From Candidatus Magasanikbacteria bacterium RIFCSPHIGHO2_01_FULL_41_23 (GTDB lineage: Bacteria; Patescibacteriota; Patescibacteriia; Magasanikbacterales; UBA922), in contig MFPT01000004.1 of the NCBI GenBank assembly GCA_001782805.1, positions 41,294 to 105,293 on the forward strand: a DNA stretch of 64,000 bases. Direction: 5' to 3'. The notes beneath the pieces are model-generated. The model saw only the letters and a list, made by a program, of their open reading frames with translations, had not been told where the DNA came from and made no database searches. The translations under genes and the position numbers were made by a program. Shown here piece by piece: positions 59,921 through 64,000 of the stretch (position 1 is its first letter; each line of letters opens with the position of its first letter).

Positions 59921-59933
59921 TTCATTAACAATA

Positions 59934-60875
59934 TTATTTCCTCCGATGCCATGTTTCCAAATATCGCACTGTTCCAGTTTTCACGCGCATCACTACCGAA
60001 TGCGTAATACAATAATCTGTAGTATACCGTACACCTTTAAGCATCGGCCCGTCAATGACACCAGTCGCAGTAAATGTAATATCATTACCAGACACTAAAT
60101 CTTCAGTCGTATATATTTTATTAAAATCAATAATTCCCATTCCACGCAATTCATCTTCCTGCGCTGAATTTTTTGGTTTCAACTGCGCCTGAAATTCACC
60201 ACCCAAACATTTAATCGCCGCGCTCGCGAGCACTGCCTCTGCGCTTGCTCCAATACCCATCAGCAAATCAATGCCTGAATCAGGCAATGATGGTGCAATC
60301 GCGCCGGCCACATCGCCGTCAGTAATTAAACGCACGCGAGCGCCAGCCTGGCGAATTTGAGTTATCAAATCTTCGTGACGCGGACGATCAAGCACCATTA
60401 CAACCATTTCTGAAACTTTTTTGCCTAGTTTATTGGCCGCGCGTATAATGTTATTTTCCGGACTGTCCAACAAATTAATAACATCTTTTGTCGCTGGACC
60501 GCCAGCGATTTTATTCATATACATATCCGGCGCCCGAAATAATGTTCCGCGCAATCCAGTCGCAATTACCGAAATCGCATTCGGCGTACCATTGGCAACG
60601 CTATTCGTGCATTCCAAAGGATCAACCGCAATATCAAGTGCCACACCTTGGCCAGTTCCAACTAACTCATCAACAAATAATTCCGGCGCTTCATCTTTTT
60701 TTCCTTCACCAATCGCAATGATACCATTAAATTCCACACTGGAAAATCGCGCGCGCATTTCATCAACCGCGGCTTTATCCGCGGCAATTTTATCACCACG
60801 CCCCATCCATTTGGCCGCGGCAATTGCCCCGGCTTCGGTAACTCGAACAAATTCCAAAGCTAAATTACGATCCAT
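59934..60875 (-). CDS. glpX: Fructose-1,6-bisphosphatase class II
   Basis: MDRNLALEFVRVTEAGAIAAA... GlpX family. 313 aa. Confidence 0.85.
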   Translation of the reverse strand: MDRNLALEFVRVTEAGAIAAAKWMGRGDKIAADKAAVDEMRARFSSVEFNGIIAIGEGKKDEAPELFVDELVGTGQGVALDIAVDPLECTNSVANGTPNAISVIATGLRGTLFRAPDMYMNKIAGGPATKDVINLLDSPENNIIRAANKLGKKVSEMVVMVLDRPRHEDLITQIRQAGARVRLITDGDVAGAIAPSLPDSGIDLLMGIGASAEAVLASAAIKCLGGEFQAQLKPKNSAQEDELRGMGIIDFNKIYTTEDLVSGNDITFTATGVIDGPMLKGVRYTTDYCITHSVVMRVKTGTVRYLETWHRRK

Positions 60876-60877
60876 AT

Positions 60878-61135
60878 TTATGTTCGGCCATTTAAAACCG
60901 CATCCCAAATTTCTTCCACTTCATCTTCCAGATTCACATCGTCGGCATGATCCAAATACCACTGACCAAACGCGACTTGAAGTTCACCAAAATCAGAAGC
61001 ATTGCTGACTGCGTCTTCTAACAACGCATATTTTTCTTCATGCGTGCGAGCCATACTTTCTTCAATTTCTTCAAACAAGCCGCGCATGTGACCGAGTAAA
61101 TTATTTTTTACTAATTCAAATTGTTCTTCATGCAT
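60878..61135 (-). CDS. Small acidic hypothetical protein (85 aa)
   Basis: ORF only. Highly acidic (Asp/Glu-rich). Confidence 0.4.
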   Translation of the reverse strand: MHEEQFELVKNNLLGHMRGLFEEIEESMARTHEEKYALLEDAVSNASDFGELQVAFGQWYLDHADDVNLEDEVEEIWDAVLNGRT

Positions 61136-61217
61136 AAAAAAATTAATTCAAAAATGTAATATCAATGCAAAATATACCACAGTTATTTTTTATTGCAATG
61201 CCATATGCTGTGGACAA

Positions 61218-62066
61218 TTGCTTTACAGACAAATTCAACCTATTTATACTATAAACAATATGCCGATAACTCTCATTTCGTGGAATGTCAACGGTCTGCG
61301 CGCGGCTCTTAAAAAAAATTTTGAAGGATTTTTGGCTACGCAAAATCCGGATATTATCTGTTTGCAAGAAACCAAAGCCGAAGATCACCAAATTGAAGCT
61401 GATTTTTTGGGATACGATAAATTTTGGTGTTCATCGGAAATCAAAAAAGGATATTCTGGTACGGCAATTTTAACAAAAATAAAACCAATAAATGTCACGT
61501 GCAATTTCCCTGACGCAATTGCGAAAAAATATAATTTAATTGATTCTCTCAAAAGAGACGCTAATCGTGAAGGAAGAATTTTGACTATTGAATTTGACAA
61601 ATTTTTTTTGGTAAATGTATACACGCCCAATGCCAAAGAAGATTTATCACGACTATCATTTCGTTTTGAACAATGGGATCCGGCATTTTTGGAATACACA
61701 AAATCCTTAGAAAAAAATAAATCGGTTATTATCTGCGGCGATTTAAATGTGGCCCACCAAGAAATTGATTTGGCACGACCAAAAGAAAATGTTGGTAAAC
61801 ATGGTTTTACCAATGAAGAACGGGCCGGATTTGATAAATTCATTAAGACCGGTTTTGTGGATACATTACGTGCCCAATATCCGAATAAACCAGAATTGTA
61901 CACTTGGTGGTCGAACTGGGGCAATGCGCGAGAACGCAATGTCGGTTGGCGCATTGATTATTTTTTAATGAGCGTAAAACTAAAAAAACAAATCACTGAC
62001 GCATTTATACTTCCCCATGTCATGGGATCTGATCATTGTCCGGTAGGAATTACACTGGATTTGTAA
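61218..62066 (+). CDS. xth: Exodeoxyribonuclease III (AP endonuclease, Xth family)
   Basis: ISWNVNGLRA, LQETK, and C-terminal SDHCPV motifs. Start probably at MPITLISWNV (61260). Confidence 0.9.
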   Translation: MLYRQIQPIYTINNMPITLISWNVNGLRAALKKNFEGFLATQNPDIICLQETKAEDHQIEADFLGYDKFWCSSEIKKGYSGTAILTKIKPINVTCNFPDAIAKKYNLIDSLKRDANREGRILTIEFDKFFLVNVYTPNAKEDLSRLSFRFEQWDPAFLEYTKSLEKNKSVIICGDLNVAHQEIDLARPKENVGKHGFTNEERAGFDKFIKTGFVDTLRAQYPNKPELYTWWSNWGNARERNVGWRIDYFLMSVKLKKQITDAFILPHVMGSDHCPVGITLDL

Positions 62067-62103
62067 TTTTTAAAAAAACCACAGAAATAAAAAAGATCCA
62101 AAT

Positions 62104-62209
<106 letters not shown>

Positions 62210-62570
62210 ATTTGAATCTCTTTTATCCCGCCGAAGTCCGAAGGACAAAGGCGGGGTTTTGTTTAGGATTTGGGTAATTAAAGCCCTGTACGGGCTTGAA
62301 AAGCACAACTAAGTGCTTCTGTAGTGTTGGGTCAATTAGTACGCCTCGGCATACACCTAGCGCCTATCAATCTGGTCGTCTACCAGAGACCTCATAACGA
62401 ATATTAATCTTAAGAACGGCTTCGCACTTAGATGCTTTCAGCGCTTATCCGTGCCGAACTTAGCTACCCAGCTATGCCTTGCGGACAACTGGCACACCAG
62501 AGGTTCGTCAATCCCGGTCCTCTCGTACTAGGGATTGGTTCTCTCAATATTCAACGCCCACAGCAGATAG

Positions 62571-62622
<52 letters not shown>

Positions 62623-62635
62623 TGGCGAACAGCCA

Positions 62636-62666
<31 letters not shown>

Positions 62667-62681
62667 CGATGAGCCGACATC

Positions 62682-63037
62682 GTACTTTGTTCCACAGTTT
62701 CTTGTGGCGTAGACTATATCTTCTTCTTGCTCTGGATGGTAGCGGATGCCGACAAGTCGGCACGTGATCCGCGTAATCTCAGTTTGACTGTGCAAGAGTC
62801 GGCGTGTTGTCTCTCCTGATCATTAATCAGGAAAAACCTCCCCTTTCGGGTCAGTCGTTACGGGGTTATCCCGACATTGTCGGGAAACTTCCCACGGTAT
62901 TGCCGGGTGATTGTGGGTCAATCACTGACGGGTTCACCGTTATAAGCCGAATTTGTGTCTCTTAATCTATCTAAATTTAAAATTTTAACGAAAAGAATTG
63001 GGATAAACATTACTGTTTGTGCACCCCGATATGTTAA
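62682..63037 (-). mobile_element. ORF-less group I-type intron in 23S rRNA at the peptidyl-transferase centre (about E. coli position 2500)
   Basis: ~355-nt insertion between exon sequences GGCACCU and CGAUGUCGG. Contains group I S-element-like AAGAAGATATAGTCTAC and R-like GAGATTA. Confidence 0.7.
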
Positions 63038-63571
63038 GGTGCCAAACCGCGCCGTCGCTGTGGACGCTTGGGCGCGATCAGCCTGTTATCCCCGGAGTAG
63101 CTTTTATCCGTTGAGCTTCCGCCGTCCTATATCGTACGGTCGGATCACTAACTTCCGCTTTCGCGACTGATCGGGTGGTAGCCCTTTCAGTAAAGCTGGC
63201 TTTTGCGTTTGCACGTCCAGTCCGATTTCCATCCGGACTAAGCCAACCTTTGTAAACGCCTCCGTTACATTTTGGGAGGCAACCGCCCCAGTTAAACTAC
63301 CCATCAGATACTGTCTCTCTATCCTGATTCAAGGACAAAGATTAGATACATCGCTACGCAAGGGTGGTATCTCACTGACTCCCGACTTTCGTCGGGATCC
63401 CACCTATGCTGAACAAGCGAAGCAATGCACCAATATCAAACTATAGTAAAGCTTCACGGGGTCTTTTCGTCTAGTTGCGGGTATGTCGCATCTTCACGAC
63501 ACTTGCATTTTCGCCGAGTACATCGTCAAGACAGTCCACTCATCATTATGCCATTCGTGCGGGTCGGAACT

Positions 63572-64000
63572 CCAAATTGTGTTAACTCCGCGTTCCCACG
63601 GAGATCAGACTATACTTTCATCTTACTCACAATCTTTAGGAGATTTCCCTTATCATATTGTCTTGCGCCCATATTATTCATAGAGTACGCAACGTCAATA
63701 ATTTTACAAATTCCGTTTTGGGAAAGGTGGATACGCTGTTTCATTAACTCGCAAACTAATTTAAACTGTTCAAAATCTGAACGTTTAGAAGTTCGGATTG
63801 GAAACAAGTTAAAGTGCGGGATAATCTTTTTTACAAGATCAGCCAAACTTCTGACTTCGTACTTCCATGTTCTGTCGCGTTTATTAAAACGAATTGTTCC
63901 GCAGTTAAAAAACCGCTGAATTTCTTTAAGAATGTTTTTACTTCTCTCATGTTGACTGACTGTAAAAGCCGGTCTAACTTCAAGTCCTATTTTCATTCTT
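63572..64000 (-). mobile_element. Second 23S rRNA intron (about E. coli position 1917-1951), carrying a LAGLIDADG homing-endonuclease ORF; 5' part beyond window
   Basis: Exon sequence AGTTCCGACCCGCACGAATGG resumes at 63571. The upstream side does not match conserved CCUUGUCGGGUA but is coding. Confidence 0.7.
63610..64000 (-). CDS. LAGLIDADG-family homing endonuclease (C-terminal part; N-terminus with LAGLIDADG motif lies beyond window)
   Basis: SQHERSKNILKEIQRFFNCGTI...IIPHFNLFPIRTSKRSDFEQFKLVCELM matches the I-CreI-type core following the LAGLIDADG helix. Confidence 0.7.
   Translation of the reverse strand, partial: RMKIGLEVRPAFTVSQHERSKNILKEIQRFFNCGTIRFNKRDRTWKYEVRSLADLVKKIIPHFNLFPIRTSKRSDFEQFKLVCELMKQRIHLSQNGICKIIDVAYSMNNMGARQYDKGNLLKIVSKMKV

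Overview
AT-rich bacterial chromosomal segment with small genes packed mostly on the minus strand. The gene content (groESL, nusA, nusB, rnc, prfB, rplS, secG, yidC, uvrA, trpS, rnj, queA, glmS, an rRNA operon end) and style (23S rRNA interrupted by introns, one encoding a LAGLIDADG homing endonuclease; many large membrane-anchored surface proteins; minimal metabolism) fit a CPR/Patescibacteria-like (possibly Saccharibacteria-like) genome. This is inference from gene content, not a search result. I can support about 70 CDS, 4 tRNAs, a 5S rRNA, a partial intron-containing 23S rRNA, a CIRCE-controlled groESL promoter and several rho-independent terminators.

The main findings are:
(1) A DsbA-like gene plus a secreted Cys-rich protein with a VirB2/TrbC-like double-TM pilin segment and a complete C-terminal Hint (intein/hedgehog-type) autoprocessing domain that ends ...VHNKI-stop.
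(2) A mosaic family of MITE-like intergenic repeats: five large copies with 16-bp terminal inverted repeats CTAAGTCTTAAGCAAA, plus a second hairpin element, one copy of which sits inside the groES-groEL spacer.
(3) A sharply bounded GC-rich (~60+% GC) island of ~600 bp carrying one foreign-looking gene in a ~40% GC genome.
(4) A split ATP-citrate-lyase-like trio (SucC-like, SucD-like and citrate-synthase-like/citryl-CoA-lyase-like genes).
(5) Two 23S group-I-type introns, at the peptidyl-transferase centre (~E. coli 2500) and at ~1917-1951.
(6) A membrane protein with an N-terminal retroviral-type CCHC zinc knuckle.
(7) A 34-aa Lys/Ala-repeat micropeptide gene with a 20-bp perfect palindrome, an SD sequence and a strong terminator.
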